Source: Okamejei kenojei
Lineage: Eukaryota
Length of the DNA stretch: 64,000 nucleotides
Direction: 5' to 3'
Assembly: GCA_035221665.1 (NCBI GenBank)
Contig: CM069138.1
Location: 15,562,001 to 15,626,000, forward strand
In this document: positions 34,767 through 49,495 of the stretch, one piece after another
Layout of the letters: every line of letters begins with the position of its first letter
Position numbering within the stretch: the first letter of the stretch is position 1
The notes under the pieces: generated by a model
Told to the model about the DNA's origin: nothing
Databases searched by the model: none
What the model saw: only the letters and a program-made list of their open reading frames with translations
Made by a program: the position numbers and the translations under genes

Positions 34767-37581
34767 TCTCATGTGCCTGTAATGTACTGCAAGTAAAAAT
34801 GTCATTTTCCTGGTTCATATATGATGTATATGACAAACAAACACTTAAACACCTACACTGACATTCTTCCTTAGAATCTTAAATTTTCAATGTGATTATC
34901 CCTTATTCTTCTAAACTCCAAGAAATGAAGATTTGACTACTTTAGTCACAAATACCAGGAATGTTTCTAAAATGGTGAAGAATCAGCAATTGGGATAGTT
35001 GTGCAAAAGCCACCACTTGTGATTATGATCAGTTTTAAAAGATTTACTTTAATTCCTTTAACTTTAGAAATGGTACAATAAGAAGATTAATTACATAAAA
35101 TACCAATTGGCCCATATGTGGAATGTTATGTTCAATATTTCTCATCACATTTAATGAAAGGAAGGCCTTATCTCACAGAAGGGATGTATTCATTCCAGGG
35201 TTGAAGCAAAGACTGGAGAAACTTGGATAATTCGCCCTGAAAAATAGGACTTTGAGAACATATTTGAAAGAGATATTTAAATATTGAAGTGTTCAGGCAG
35301 AGTGGATGTTCCGAATACATTAGTAGGGAGGATGCTCCTACTGATGGAAGGTCAGAAACCAGAAGACATAGTAAAGAGTGATGAGAGAGGAAAAAAACTG
35401 CAGCGAATACTAAGGATCTGGATTGCACTTCTAGCAAAGTGTGGAGGCAGATTCAAAGAAGCACTGTATTAATACTTGAAGAATTTTGTAGGGAAGAAGA
35501 TGGGGAATGAGATTAACTGAAGTGTTTTGCATAATGGTTGCACAGTTTATGTAAACGACATTCTTATACAGAGTCGTCTTCTGTAACCTTTCACTGATAC
35601 TTGGCATTGGATCATGTGATAGAAGCAGAATTAGGCCATTCGGCCCATTAAGTCTACTCCGCCAATCAATCATGGCTGATCTATCTCTTCCTCCTAACAC
35701 CATTCTCCTGCCTTCTCCCCGTAACCTCTGACACCATTAACTTTGGGTTATAAACGGACAGCTGTACTGGATGACACTCCCTGGGATAATTATTGTTCAA
35801 ACTACTGGTCTCTTTCTTGCAGGGTATTTATTACATTTGCCCTTTTATGCTGCCATCAGTAAAAATAATGTACAAATATCTGCGTAATTGTGTGTTTTAA
35901 ATGTGCATTAGTTTAGGTCCAAAGATATTGTGCACATTTTATATCTTGGTATATTTTGCAGAGTTTTCTTTTGCTTAATTTGAGTTTTGCTCGGACGGTA
36001 CACTGTTATCTAGAATAGGCTGGTACCTGCAGGGTATGTGCACATTTCAGATTAAAAGTGATATCGGCAAAGAGCACCTGCAGTTGCTTGTGTTCACTAA
36101 AAATACAGAGGGCTAGCTTAAGCTAGCAATGACCTTGATTAGAGATTGACTAGAAATATTTAACTGGTGGCATGTATTTTTGAAAGTTGCATTGTGGGAA
36201 CAAGGAAATAGTATTATCTTTTGACTGGCGAACTTACAAAATTACACATTTTCATATTGAGTTGGAAATGCAAAGAAGCATGTACATTAAGCTGTCATTA
36301 TTTATGTTAATGTAAATAGAACTCGGGTTGTAATTTGTAATTTGCAACCTGCAACACCCCTGCCCCCCATGTTTTCGTACTATAAATCTAAATGTTGTAA
36401 TGTAACAACTTTGTCATGAATATGATATGTTAAAAGTTGTGTTGTCTTAACTGTTTCAGTGCAATATTTGACAATGCATCTGATTAAATTGTTCTTTTGC
36501 TGAGTTATTGGGTAGTTGATGAGGAAGGGGAAAGGTTGTAAAACTGTTTAACTAATATTTATGATTGCAGTTGTCTGGTGTATTCTACATAAACTTTTAA
36601 TTTGTAGGTCAGTCCAGTGAGTTGATTTTATTTCTACTGCAGGTTAAACATGGTCATATGGAAGCAGGGCCATCAGCCCAATACGCCGATGCCGACCATC
36701 TAAGTGCCGACCTAAGCTAGTTTATATCAATTGGTTTAATCCATTTGCCTGCACTTGGCCCGAACATGATGCGAAAAATTGCTAGATGCCAATGGCTCAC
36801 ATGTTTAATGAAAGGAAGAAAAGTTATGTCATTGATGGAATTTTTTAGTACAACTTAAACCAAATTTGACAATTGATTTAGGATCTATTCATAAATGATG
36901 TAAGTCATCAATGGCATAACATTTTTACTTATAAGATTTTGCTCTGAGCACTTAAAGCACAATTTTGAATCTTTTAATAGTAATTTATTTATATCTTTAG
37001 AATGACATGAACTATAAAGTTGAACTATATTCAATCTTGTCCGCTCTGAAGAATAATAGTTCACCAGCATTTAATTTTTTTTGTTATGACACTTTTGGTC
37101 GTTGAGGGGGAATGTGTGGGGGGGGGGGGGGGAAGGAGGAAACATAATCTTTAGAACTAGGAAAAACTAGGAAATCTATTCTCGTAACGAGACTTGCTTG
37201 GGATTGACTTAATACATTTTGCATTTCTATTACATTAGTTTGTAGGTTGTAATATTAACTGTTAAGAAAACTGCCATGCATTTTCAGTTTTGGCATATGA
37301 ACTGAGCATGTGGTTATTGGGTAAGATGCAAAGAATCCAAAAGCATTTGAAAATGGAATCTTTGGAGTTCCCCCATGGTTTGTTCCTTGCAACCACTCCC
37401 TTCCTCATCTGGATGTTGGTCCTATGAAGTCATAGAAATGAGGTCCATTATATTGAGAGAATAAAAAATAAAAAATAAAATAATAGAATATTGAACTGGA
37501 GAAAGTTTACAGAAAATCATTCGATAGAACATCCTGTTGAAACCCAGAATATGTGTAATAAGATGGCAGGAACAGCACATT

Positions 37582-38187
37582 GGGGCAGCACAGTGGCGTA
37601 GCAGTAGAGCGACTGCCTCACAGCGCCAGAGACCCATGTTCGATCCTGGCTACAGGTGCTGTCTGCACGGAGTTTGTACGTTCTCCCTGTGAACGTGTGG
37701 GTTTGCTCCAGTTTCTACAGGTTTGTAGGTCAATTGGCTTCGGTAAAATTGTAAGTTGTCCCTAATGTGTACGATAATGCTAGTGTACGGGGTGATTGCT
37801 GGTCGGCTTAGGCTCGTTGGGCCGTAGGACCTGTTTCAACGCTGTATCTCTAAAGTCTAATGAGTAATGGAGAATAATCTTGGAGAAGACCTGTGACAAC
37901 TGCATAGGGTGTTTAGTTCAGTTTTAGTTTAGAGATACACCACCGAGTCTGCGCTGACCTGCACACTAACACTATCCTACACGCACTTGGGACAATTTAC
38001 AATTTTACCAGGCCCACTAACCTACAACCCTGTACATCTTTGGAATGTGGGAGGAAACCGGAGCACCATGAGAAAACCAACACAGATCATTGGGAGAATG
38101 TACACGCTCCCTATAGACAGCACCCGTAGTCAGGATCAAATCCGAGTCCCTGTTGCTACATGGCAGCAACTCTACTGCTGCGCCACT
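37582..38187. mobile_element. Two V-SINEs tail-to-tail (37582-37860 +, ~37910-38187 -)
   Basis: Both match the SINE consensus in opposite orientations. Confidence 0.8.
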
Positions 38188-39259
38188 TGTGTTGATGAGA
38201 CCATATCTTGGTTGCTGCTTCCAGTTTTAGTCATCTTATTTCTGTGGGGAATGTGCTTGCATTGAAGATTAATTATGTTGGGCACATCAATATGTTAAGA
38301 CGAATAAGAGGTGATCTTATTGAAACCAATGATTCAAAGAAGTCACGAGAAGAAAGCTTCCTCTTATTGGGGAATTTAGAACCATTGTGGGAGTAGGGGA
38401 TAGATTTCAGAAAATAGCGTCGCCTATTTGCCATCCCTGAGAATTGTGCAGATTAAATCATCGGTTTCAAGACGCGATTTTTGAGTGAGAATGGAGTTCC
38501 GAGTTATGAGATGGGGAAGGATATGAGGGGAGAAGGTAGGGAAGTATCTAGATTGGAGTCGGGTCAAGATTGGGTAAGCCATGATCTTATTGATTAGTGC
38601 AGAAGGGCAAAGGGGCAATATCGCCTGCTGCTCTCCAATTCTTAACATTTATTTCTACCACTTTATAACCTTGATTATCAGGCTTCTTGTAGCTGATCCT
38701 GGACAGTTGTTGTACAATTTCCTTCAGCCAAATGTTGTGAACTCTGATGCCATTGCCTTTGACCATTGTATTTGTAATGAATTCAATATTGACAAAACAA
38801 GAAGAGCAATGATAATCAAATGAAGTATTCCTGATCTGAAATACAATCACAAATTAAATATAAACGGTTCCTTATTTATTTGCAGGATCCAATAAAATGT
38901 AATTCTAAAGATGACAAAAAAACATCTGATAGATGTTGATAGAAAACATTTAACATGTAATGGTGCCATGAGTTATTAATTGAAGAATGACTGACTGAGA
39001 AATAACCAGCATGTTCATGCGCTGGTTGGGCAGGTTACAATGCCTGTCGGTGTAATATAGTCTCCAGATTTTTGGAGAAAAAACTATGACAGATACAAAA
39101 AATACATTGATTCTCATTCCTCTTTCCCCAGTCTGAAGAAGGGTCTCCTATTCGTCACCTATTCTTTTTTCCCAGAGATGATGCCTGACCAGCTGAGTTA
39201 CTCCAGTCTTCTGTCTGTCTTGATTCTAATGGACTTCTGCTAACCAATACAAATATACG

Positions 39260-39520
39260 TCATAAGGAATAGGAGTAAAATTAAGCTATTTGGTTCATCA
39301 AGTCTACTCCGCCATTCAATCATGGATGATCTATCTCTCCCTCCTAACCCCATTCTCCTGCATTCTCCCCATAACCTTTGACACTTTTTCTAATCAAGAA
39401 TCTATCTATCTCTGCCTTAGAAATGTCCACTGACGGCCTCTACTGACTTTTGTGGCAAAGAATTCCACAGATTCACCAGCCTCTGACTAAAGAAATTTCT
39501 GCTCATCTCCTTCCTAAAAG
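39260..39520 (-). mobile_element. CR1 3' tail
   Basis: Similar to 1-200. Confidence 0.8.
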
Positions 39521-40134
39521 AATATATATATTTTTTTGCTTACTACCTGTACCAAGATGGATCATGTGTTCCATTCATTAAAAGCCTTCCACATATTTGT
39601 CAATGTATTTGATAATTGCTTACCATTCTGGCAACGGGAGACATTATTTTCTTTTTAAAGCTATAGAGATGTTACGTTTTAAGCATTTGGCATGTAAATT
39701 TCATAAGTAATAGATTGTATTTATGCAACTCTCAAGACATATCCCCTATAGTCTGTCATTAGGATAGGAAAAAGATAAAAGCTTGAAAAAAGATTGAAAT
39801 ACGATAATGGATTATTTGGGAATGTTTTAAAGAAGTATTTTGGGATGACACAGTTTAATATTCAGGAATCAAAGTTAAAAAAAAAAGTCCTGTAGTTTCC
39901 AATATTATTGAATGTAAGCCTACCCAGTAAAGTGTAAAGCATGTATATTAGAGTGAATAGACAGGTGGCATTTTGGGTCAGGACCTTTCTACAGACAAAT
40001 GGAATAGAGGGTAGAGAGCTGCAAGAAATGTGGGCATGGGGCAAAGCTTGGCAAGTGCTTAGTGGATGCAGATGAGGGGGTGACTGGTAGATGGGTGGAG
40101 TAAATGACAAAGGGGCTGCAGGGCAAGGAAGACC

Positions 40135-41222
40135 TCCACAGCTGTTGACAGAAGAATTCTCTCTATAATAAGGAAAAACACCTGTCCGACGGATCAGAAA
40201 CATTCTTCAGGAATCGGATGTGGATTTGTCAATGACCACTGTCTGCAGAAGATTTCATGACAGAAATATAGAGGCTACATTGCACGATGCAAATCACTGG
40301 TTAGCCGCAAAAATAGGATGGCCAGGTTACAATTTGCCAAGAAGTACTTAAAAGAGCAACCACAGTTCCGGAAAAAGGTCTTCTGGACAGATGAGACAAA
40401 GATTAACATATCAGAGTGATGGCAAGAGCAAAGTACGGAGTAGAGAAGGAACTGCCCAAGATCGAAAGCATACCACCTCATCTGTGAACCACAGTGGTGG
40501 GGGTGTTGTGGCCTGGGCATGTATGGCTGCCGAAGGTACTGACACACCTATCTTCATTGATGATACAACTGCTGATGATAGTAGCACAATGAATTCTGAA
40601 GTGTATAGATACATCCTATCTGCTCAAGTTCAAACAAATGCCTCAAAACTCATTGGCCGGCGGTTCATTCTACAGCAAGACAATGATCCCAAACAAACTG
40701 CTAAAGCAACAAAGGAGTTTTTCAATGCTACAAAATTGTAAATTGTTGAGTGGCGAAGTCAATAACCCGATCTGAACCCAATTGAGCATGCCTTTAATAT
40801 GCTGAAGAGAAAACTGTAGGGGACTAGCCCCCAAAACAAGCATAAACTAAAGATGGCTGCATTACAGGCCTGGCAAAGCATCACCAGAGAAGACACCTAG
40901 CAACTGGTGATGTCCATGAATCGCAGACTTCAAGCAGTCATTGCATGCAAAGAATATGCAACAAAATACTAAACATGACTACTTTCATTTACATGACATT
41001 GCTGTGTCCCAAACATTATGGTGCCCTAAAATGGGAGCATGTATAAACACTGCTGTAATTTCTACATGGTGAAACCAAAATGTATAAGAATTGCCTTTAT
41101 TAAAATCTGACAATGTGCACTTTACCCACATGTGAGTTTTTTTTCTATTACAAATCTCAAATTGTGGAGATTTGTGGAGAAAAAATGATGGGTCTTAGTC
41201 CCAAACATTATGGAGGGCACTG
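40135..41222 (+). mobile_element. Tc1 (DD34E) transposon, 5'-truncated, inactivated transposase, IR/DR-type right end
   Basis: KVFWTDETKIN; FILQQDNDPK..(34 residues, two stops)..PDLNPIE; terminal GGAGGGCACTG|TA; direct repeat GTCCCAAACATTATGG at 41006 and 41198. Confidence 0.9.
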
Positions 41223-42029
41223 TATGTGTTTTCAATTTTCTGTGCCTCTTGCCTGATGAGGAAGTTTTTACCAGATTGCATGTAGCCTCATTTTGAAAAT
41301 GGAGGAGGCAAAATGATATTTTGTTGGGATGATTCTTAAAAATGATTTACATTTGGTATGATGGGAAGATTTGATTTCTATTTTCGTGTGTCTTTGATTG
41401 TGTACAGGCAGAAGCTATTGCATTCAAACCAGCTAAATATTGTAATTGTCTTGTGGAGCTGTTTGCACAAGGGAAAATATTTAGTTGTTTTACTCCATCA
41501 GGTGATTTAAAAAAATATATTTTTTTACATTTCTATTTTAACCATCTTTAAGCCTGATAATTTCTTTTGAAATATTCTAATTACAATCTCAGCAACCAGC
41601 TGAACTTGAGTCGCTGATAGTGTTCAATTGTTTAAAACATAATGACATGATAAATGTTATAAATACATCGTTTCATCTCAGACTGCGTGAAACCTTGTTA
41701 TTTAGGAGATATATATATTCATGTGTTTTGGGAACACGGCCTTGTAATGTCATTGGTAATTACAGTATGTACGATTACACAGATTTGTATTCTTCCCCAA
41801 GTAAGTCACTTGTCTGCAAATGGTCTGATTATAGGTTTGGGGTGCCTGGGAGAATATAGAGGAGAGATTTTTCCCCTTGCAAAAGTGGATGTTAATGCAC
41901 GTAATTTTATGTTGCGTTTACTTGGAAGTGGTAGAGAATTAAAAAAAACATTGAGATAACTTAAAATTATTCCAGAGACTTTCTTTATAATTCAGAAAAA
42001 TCAGCACATGGAGCGTGCAGTATATAAAT

Positions 42030-42475
42030 GTATCTATAATCTGTAACTGATACTCTCATCTTGTAGTATGTTTGTTTGTTCCCGAAATACAGGCAAAACA
42101 GTACACGATAGCCCACTTTACTCACCATTACCCTGCGGTTAGCAAGTTTTGTTCGATTTGATAAAAGTATTTCCCTTAGTAAACTTTAAAAATAGAGCAA
42201 AAAAGTGACATTTTTTCTGCATGCCTCTATATGCCCGAAATACACCCATAATGGTACACGGTAGCGCTACAATTGTAGGGATGCCTTACTCACCATTCGC
42301 CTGGGGTGTGCAGTGGCAAGTGTACGTTCGATTTGACAAAGTAATTCCCTTTAAAAACTTTAATTTACTTTATACTCTACTTTATACTTCGTGAATCAGC
42401 GCGGCCGTCGAGCCTGCGCAGTGCACTCCCACTGGCCGGGCCCGTCAACCGCGAGACAATTGCAAATGTCGCCAG
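42030..42475 (+). mobile_element. Unclassified repeat, possibly Helitron 5' end, with internal diverged duplication
   Basis: CCCGAAATACA..GTACACG.TAGC..TTACTCACCATT..GTTCGATTTGA occurs at ~42080 and ~42234. Confidence 0.35.
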
Positions 42476-42564
42476 TGACGAGTTACTCCAGCATTTTGTG
42501 TCTACATTTGGACATGATGGAAAACTGTCTGGCATCTTTTATGGACATCGGGAATGTATGAGCA

Positions 42565-42866
42565 GTTTAGTTTAGAGATACAGCGCAAAAGCAGGCCCAC
42601 CGAGACCACACCGACCAATGATCCTCACACATTAACACAACACTAAGGACAATGTACACATATCAAGCCAATTAATCTGCAAACCTGGACATCTTTGAAA
42701 TGTGGGAGGAAACCAAAGGTGTCTGAGAAAACCCAAGACCTTGGAGAAAACCCACGCGGTCACAGGGAGAACGTAAAACTCCGTACAGACAGCACTCGTA
42801 GTTGGGATCGAACACAGCCCTCCGGCGCTGTAAGGCAGCAACTATCACTGTGCCACCGTGCCGCCC
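42565..42866 (-). mobile_element. V-SINE (HE1-like)
   Basis: Reverse complement of the SINE consensus. Confidence 0.85.
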
Positions 42867-44224
42867 TCAGTTGGCTTTTTATAACATTTTTGTTTGTGCT
42901 TATGTATTTCTCTGATTAATCTTGAGTGGCCTTCAGAAGTAGCATAGTTTGTATAACTGTCTGTATTATTGTACTTATTCTCTCAGTGAAGCCCTGGGCT
43001 GGCCTTTCATTCTCTTCCTGCAGCTTTGCATTGTTTCTCATCACACACGATTTTCAGACCACGTAATCATCAGCACTCTCATCTTTGTAACACTGTCCAA
43101 TGCTTAGCAAGCAGGACAAAAATAGAAATAAGTTGTTGTCCAGGGCAATCTAGTTTTTGCAAGATGTTTCAGCAGGATAAGGGCGAGACTGAATGGGCTG
43201 TTCCCACCAGATATGAGCTGTTGTTTACAAATACAAACGCAGGGATTTTACTGAGGTGGTCTATTGTCCTTTAAGCAGAGGAAATGCTTGAATAGTTTCC
43301 ATTAGATTAATGATGGATGAAACGTTGCTAATAGTCTTGTTGAAAATTGCCACTAATTTTTTGCATTGCATAACAGGAAACCATGGAATGATGAGATAAG
43401 ATGGTCTGCCAGATGTTGTTAAAATGGCAGTTTTTCCAGACCTCTTCTGTCAGTAAATGAACTTTGTTATGTGTTTCACTGTATAATCCCCATCCATTGT
43501 GAAATCACCGACGCCACTAGAGGAAGTAAATTTTGTTCAACTTTTTATCTGCACCTTTACATTTCACGTGGCACCCTGCTCATAGAACATCACATTTTCG
43601 AATGACTTCCAATTTATGGCCCTTTATTAGATTTCCATTATCCTTATTCAGCCATGGATATTTCAGCACCAATCCTGGAGAAACCATATCTCCCTTAAGT
43701 CACTTATAAGTGCACTTTTATGCCCCAGCCTATTTTGTGTTTTCCATTTGTCATTGTTCTTGTATGGTTGGCGACCTGTTCAAGCACTCAGTTTGTGTAT
43801 ATTTGCTGCCATGCATCAGTGCAGCTTTTATTGTATTGCATCTGGTCATTACTTCTAGTATAGCTTACTATTCTCTAAGGCTTGCAGGCATAAATGCATT
43901 TGGTATGGCCAGCCGTCATGTGACCTGACGGGAACACATCAAGCAGTAATATCCTTGCTTATTTCAGCTAAAAGCTCACCTGATCTTTAGTATCATGCTG
44001 GAAAACAAAGGCGTTTTACCCTCTTTTTTCTGCACTGCCAGCCCCAGCTATCGGGCAATAGTGTATTTTTTATAAGATTCTGGTGAAAGGAAGCAGGCCC
44101 TTATTTCACAATGTTATTTCAATGCAAAAACTCTTCATTATTATAAACTGCAGCAAGCAAAGAAACATTCTCTAATTTGTCAGAATTATGTTCTAATCCC
44201 AGGAATCGGTTTAGTGGATAGTTT

Positions 44225-45410
44225 ACCAATCGAAGACTGGAGGGTGGCAAATGTTGTGCCTCTATTCAAGGAGGGCTGCTGGGCAAATACTGGGGGCTAT
44301 AGGCCTGTGAGCTTAACATCTGTAGTTGGGAAGTTACTAGAGAGTATTCTAAGGGATAGGTTATACAGGCATTTGGATGGGCAAGGTCTGATTGGGGATA
44401 GTGAGCATGCCTCACAAATCTGAGTTTTTTGAAGACGTGACCAAAATGATCTATGAGGGCAGAGCTGTAAATGTTATATACATGGATTTCAGTAAGGCAT
44501 TTGACAAGATTCCACATGGTAGGCTGCTCTGGAAGGTTAAATCGCATGGGATCTAAGGGGTGATAGCTGAATCGATAGCAAATTGGCTTCATGGAAGGAA
44601 GCAGAGAGTGATGATGGAAGGTTTCTTCATGGACTGGAGACCTGTGACTAGTGTTGTGCCTCAGGGTTCGCTACTGGGTCCGTTACTGTTTGTCATTTAC
44701 ATCAGTGATTTGGATGAGACCATGCAGGGCGAGATTAGCAAGTTTGCTGATGATACAAAAGTGGGTGTCTTTGTGGGTTGTGGAAGATTGCAATATGATC
44801 TTGATCCATTTTGTGGGTTGAGGAATGGTTGATGGAATTTAATACAGAGAAATATGAGGTTTTGTATTTTGGGACGTCTAACAAGGGCAGAACCTACACA
44901 GTGAATGGTAGGTCTCTGGGGAGTGTTGTAGAATAGAGGGATCTAGGCGTGCAGGTGCATGGTTCCTTGAAAGTGGACTCATAGGTAGATAAGGTGGTCA
45001 AAAAGGCTTCTGGCACTTTGGCCTTCATCAGTCAGCGTATTTGGTATAGAAGTTGGGAGGTCGTGTTGCAGTTGTAAAAGACATTGGCATTTAGAGTATT
45101 GTGTTCAGTTCTCAGCACCATGTTATAGGAAAAATATTGTCATGCTTGAAAGGGTTCAGAGAAGATTTACGAGGATGTTGCCGGAATTAGAGAGTGGTGG
45201 GTGTATGGAACAAGCTGCCAGAGGAGGTAGTTGAGGCTGGGACTATCCCAAAGTTTAAGAAACTGTTAGACAGGTACATGGGTAGGACAGGTTTGGAGGG
45301 ATATGGACCAGGCACAGGCAGGTGGGACTTGTGTCGCTGGGACATGTTGGCCGGTGTGGGCAAGGTGGGCCGAAGGGCCTGTTTCCCCGCTGTATCACTC
45401 TATGACTATG
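44225..45410 (+). mobile_element. CR1 LINE ORF2 remnant
   Basis: DWRVANVVPLFK..YRPVSLTSVVGK; VPQGSLLGPLLF; KFADDTK; 3' UTR. Confidence 0.9.
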
Positions 45411-46019
45411 TCTCCACCAACCCGCAAGGTATTTCTTTTCATGGGTGCGGAAACCTACATTACACATGGTACTACACGTGTGATTTCACAGCCGGTCTTT
45501 AGTACTCCAACACCAATCTCTGCTCTCCACCCTGCAATAAATGCCAATGTGCAATGTGCCTTCCAAACTGTTTATTGTATCTGCATTTTTCTACCTGCGA
45601 GCCTGAGTTGCGCACTAGTTTTACTGGTCTCTCATTCAAAAATACGAAATGTAACTAATTTTTCTTGGTCAAAGTAAACAACACATTTCCTGAATTATAT
45701 TCCTGCTGTCACTTTTTTGTCGGCCAATTGCAAATATTTGGCCCTTGCATCGATGATGTATTGTACACTCATTGCTGAAGACAGTGTAAGTAATGGATAT
45801 TTTCATTATTGCCACACCCAGGTTACTAGGCATGCTCAGAACTATAAAACAACCTTAAGCGAGCTAGTACATAGTGTTCTTAAAAAGGAAATTTAGAAAT
45901 AAAGCATGAGAGCAATAAAATAATCACTTCATCTTTGGTTTATTGAAATAAATGTTCTGATTGTCTTTCAGAAACCTGCGAAGTCCCTGACTGCTATATG
46001 TATTGATATTATTTGCTAA

Positions 46020-47705
46020 TTTTTAACGAGTTCTACGCACGGTTTGAGGTTAAAAACAGCACCCAGACACGTGCACTACTGCCATCTCCCAGTGACCAGT
46101 CGCTTAGACTGTCCGCAGCCGGAGTAAAAAAGGCCTTTGCCAGCATCAACCCACGCAAAGCCACAGGGCCGGACAACATTCCTGGGTGCGTGCGCCGAGC
46201 AACTGAAAGATGACTTCACAGATATTTTTATCACCTCGCTCAGCCAGGCAGTAGTGCCCAACTGTCTTAAGAGTGCCACCATCATTCCTGTCCCGAAGAA
46301 ACCAAACCCAGCCTGCCATAATGACTTTCGACCAGTGGCTCCAACACCCATAGTAATGAAGTGTTTTGAGCGACTGGTTATGCAGCATATCAAAAATAGC
46401 CTACCTGCCGACCTAGACCCACTGCAGTTCGCCTACAGAGCCAACCGATCCACAGAGGATGCAGTCTCAACAACACTGAACCTCGTACTGCCACACCTTG
46501 ATCGGAAAAATACTTGTGCCAGGATCCTCTTCATGGACTTCAGCTCTGCTTTTAACACAATCATTCCACAGCAGCTGGTGGAGATGTTGGAGTTATTGGG
46601 GGTTGATGCTGGCACATGTAACTGGGTCCTGAACTTTCTATCACAACGGCAGCAGACAGTCAGGGTGGGCAGTAGGACATCAAAAACCATAGCCGTGAGC
46701 ACTGGCACGCCCCAAGGCTGTGTCCTAAGCCCCCTGCTGTTTAGCCTGCTTACACACGACTGTACTGCTAGACTCAACAACAACTTCATCAACAAGTTCG
46801 CTGACGACACAACAGTGGTGGGTCTCATCAGTGACAATGATAAGTCAGCGTACAGGATGGAGGTGGAGCTGCTCACAGGATGGTGCAAATCCCACAACCT
46901 CATTCTCAATGTGGGAAAAACGAAGGAGATGGTGGTTGACTTCAGGAGGGCGGGAAAACAACGCCATACACCTCTGCACATCGATGGAGCTGATGTGGAA
47001 AGGGTCAGCAGTGTGAAGTTCCTAGGACTCCACCTGTCAGATGACCTGACGTCCACGACCAACACCACAGCACTGGTCAAGAGAGCCCAGCAGCGACTAC
47101 ACCCTCTCCGAAGACTACGGAAAGCAGGTCTCCCCACTGCACACCTACGAACTTTTTTATAGGGGGACAATCGAGAGCACATTAACCTACGGCATCACCT
47201 CCTGGTTCGGGAGCTGCAAGGCGTATGAACGGCACCAACTGGACAGGATTGTGAAGACCGCCAGCAGGATTATTGGTGCTCCACTCCCTTTATTGCTGGA
47301 GATATACAGGAAGAGATGTATTAGCAGAGCCATCTCCATCATCAAAGACCCATACCACCCATCGCATTACATATTCTCCATCCTGCCATCTGGGAAGAGA
47401 TACAGGAGCATCAGCTGCAAAACCAGCAGGATGCTCCTCAGCTTCTTCCCGCAGGCAATTAGACTGATAAACGGACTTTGCCCCCTGCCAAAGTATTGCG
47501 CACCAACCACCAACCTGGACACACTGAAACAGAGCCATTGTCATGCCACTGCCGATCGGAACTTGTGATATATGTACTTTTATTCTCTATTTCTATTTAT
47601 TTTTTACCGCACACTGAATGGACACTGGTTGAGAAACGCTTTTTCGTTTTCCTCTGGGTATGCAAACACTCAGAAAAATGATAATAAAGATATATAATAC
47701 AATAA
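46020..47705 (+). mobile_element. Rex1/Babar LINE, 5'-truncated, largely open RT
   Basis: ORF 46137-47162: [36 protein letters not shown]; C-terminus 47251-47568; AATAAA near end. Confidence 0.92.
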
Positions 47706-48560
47706 TTCTTAGTGGTGTTTTGGATACGAGTAGAGTTTGTTGTCGGGATGGCAAAGGTGGTCAGCAACATTAAACTTCTGGGATTCCTCCATTTAAGTTT
47801 TAAGCTTATCCATTTCACTTCTCCCAGTGGATGGTGTTTTGAGCCATTTTGAGGGTTAACATGTTTCATGTCATGCTTTGCAAACCATGCCATTCTGTGA
47901 TCATGGATCCTTTAGTGGCAGTCACTGCAAATAGCTGCACATCGTATAGGTTTGCTTTCACATCTGTATAGTTATTGCTTTCTGAAAATTATCCCGCTCT
48001 AACAGAGTAATTCCGAATTTCAAATGTTTCCTGCATTTGCGTTCATGCTGTCTGTCTTGATTTTGCCCGGCTTCTGTTGATGGGTGTCAATTACATACAT
48101 TGCTTAAAAGTGAATGTTATATTTGCATTGTGCAAGGTGGTGATGCTCTCTAGTTTTGCTACAAACAATAGACCTATTTCCATGATTTCTATTTGGCATT
48201 GAAAGTGTGGATGCCTTTCTGCAGCATTGGCGTAAATCTCTCAATCATAGTAAATTTACTATGGGCAGTGCAAGGGAGGATGACTTTTTTTTTGTGCGTC
48301 GTGTATAAAGTATGTTTAGTTTAGTTTGTTATTGTCGTGTGTATCGAGGTACAGAGAAAAGCTTTGTTGCATGCTATCCAGTCCAGAAAAGATTCTACAT
48401 GATTACAGTCAAGTCGCCAACAGTAAACAGATACAGAATGAAGGGTATAATGTTTGGTGCAAGATAAGCTACTGAGGTTATGACTGCATTATTCAATCCT
48501 TATTTTCTCACATTGTTTATGAAACATCAAACAGCGCAAGGACATCACGTTTAGGGATGG

Positions 48561-49495
48561 TAACCATATAACCATATAACAATTACAGCATGGAAACAAG
48601 CCCTCTCGGCCCTTCCAGTCCGTGCCGACCATTTGTTTTCCCCTAGTCCCATCTACCTGCACTCAGACCATACCCCTCCATTCCCTTCCCGTCCATATAC
48701 CTATCCACTTTACTTTTAATTGTTAGAATCGATCCTGCCTCCACCACTTCTGCTGGATGCTCATTCCACACAGCCACCACCCTCTGAGTAAAGAAGTTCC
48801 CCCTCACATTACACCTAAACTTCCGTCCCTCAATTCGCATGTCATGCCCTCTTGTTTGAATCTTCCCTACCCTTAATGGGAAAAGCTTATCCACGTCAAC
48901 TCTGTCTATCCCTTTGGGGGTTACACTAAAAGCTGGAGAAACTCAGCGCTATATCGGTGAGACCAAGCGGAGGCTTGGCGATCGTTTCGCCGAACACCTC
49001 CGCTCGGTCCGCAAAAACCAACCCGACCTCCCGGTGGCTCAGCACTTCAACTCCCCCTCCCATTCCGTATCCGACCTCTTGGTCCTGGGCCTCCTCCATG
49101 GCCAGAGTGAGCAACACCGCAAGTTGGAGGAACAGCATCTCATATTCCGCTTGGGGAGTCTGCATCCTTTGGGCTTGAACATTGAATTTTCTCAATTCTG
49201 TTAACCCTTGCTGTCTCCTCCCCTTCCCATCTCTCCCTCAGCCCTCGGGCCCTGGCATTCCCTCCATCTCTATCTCCCTCCCCCACCCTAGTCGCACTAG
49301 CTTCTCATTTTCACACCACAAACAGCTTACAATGGCTTGTTCCCTTTATCATCGATACTTTTTTGCATATCTTTCATTCATTGTTCTTTATCCCTCCACA
49401 TCACCATCTATATCTCTCGTTTCCCTGATCCCTGACCACCCAGACTGTCTATCCCTTTCATCATTTTAAAGACCTCAATCAAGTCCCCCCTTAAC
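48561..49495 (-). mobile_element. Young CR1 3' end interrupted by a Penelope insertion
   Basis: 48561-48915 and 49445-49495 are colinear with 2540-2935. Confidence 0.85.
48916..49444 (+). mobile_element. Penelope GIY-YIG / 3' UTR fragment with short inverted terminal piece and 14-bp TSD
   Basis: YIGETKRRLGDRFAEHLRS..VAQHFNSPSH..; TSD CTGTCTATCCCTTT at 48902-48915 and 49445-49458; highly similar to the reverse complement of 22985-23470. Confidence 0.9.
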
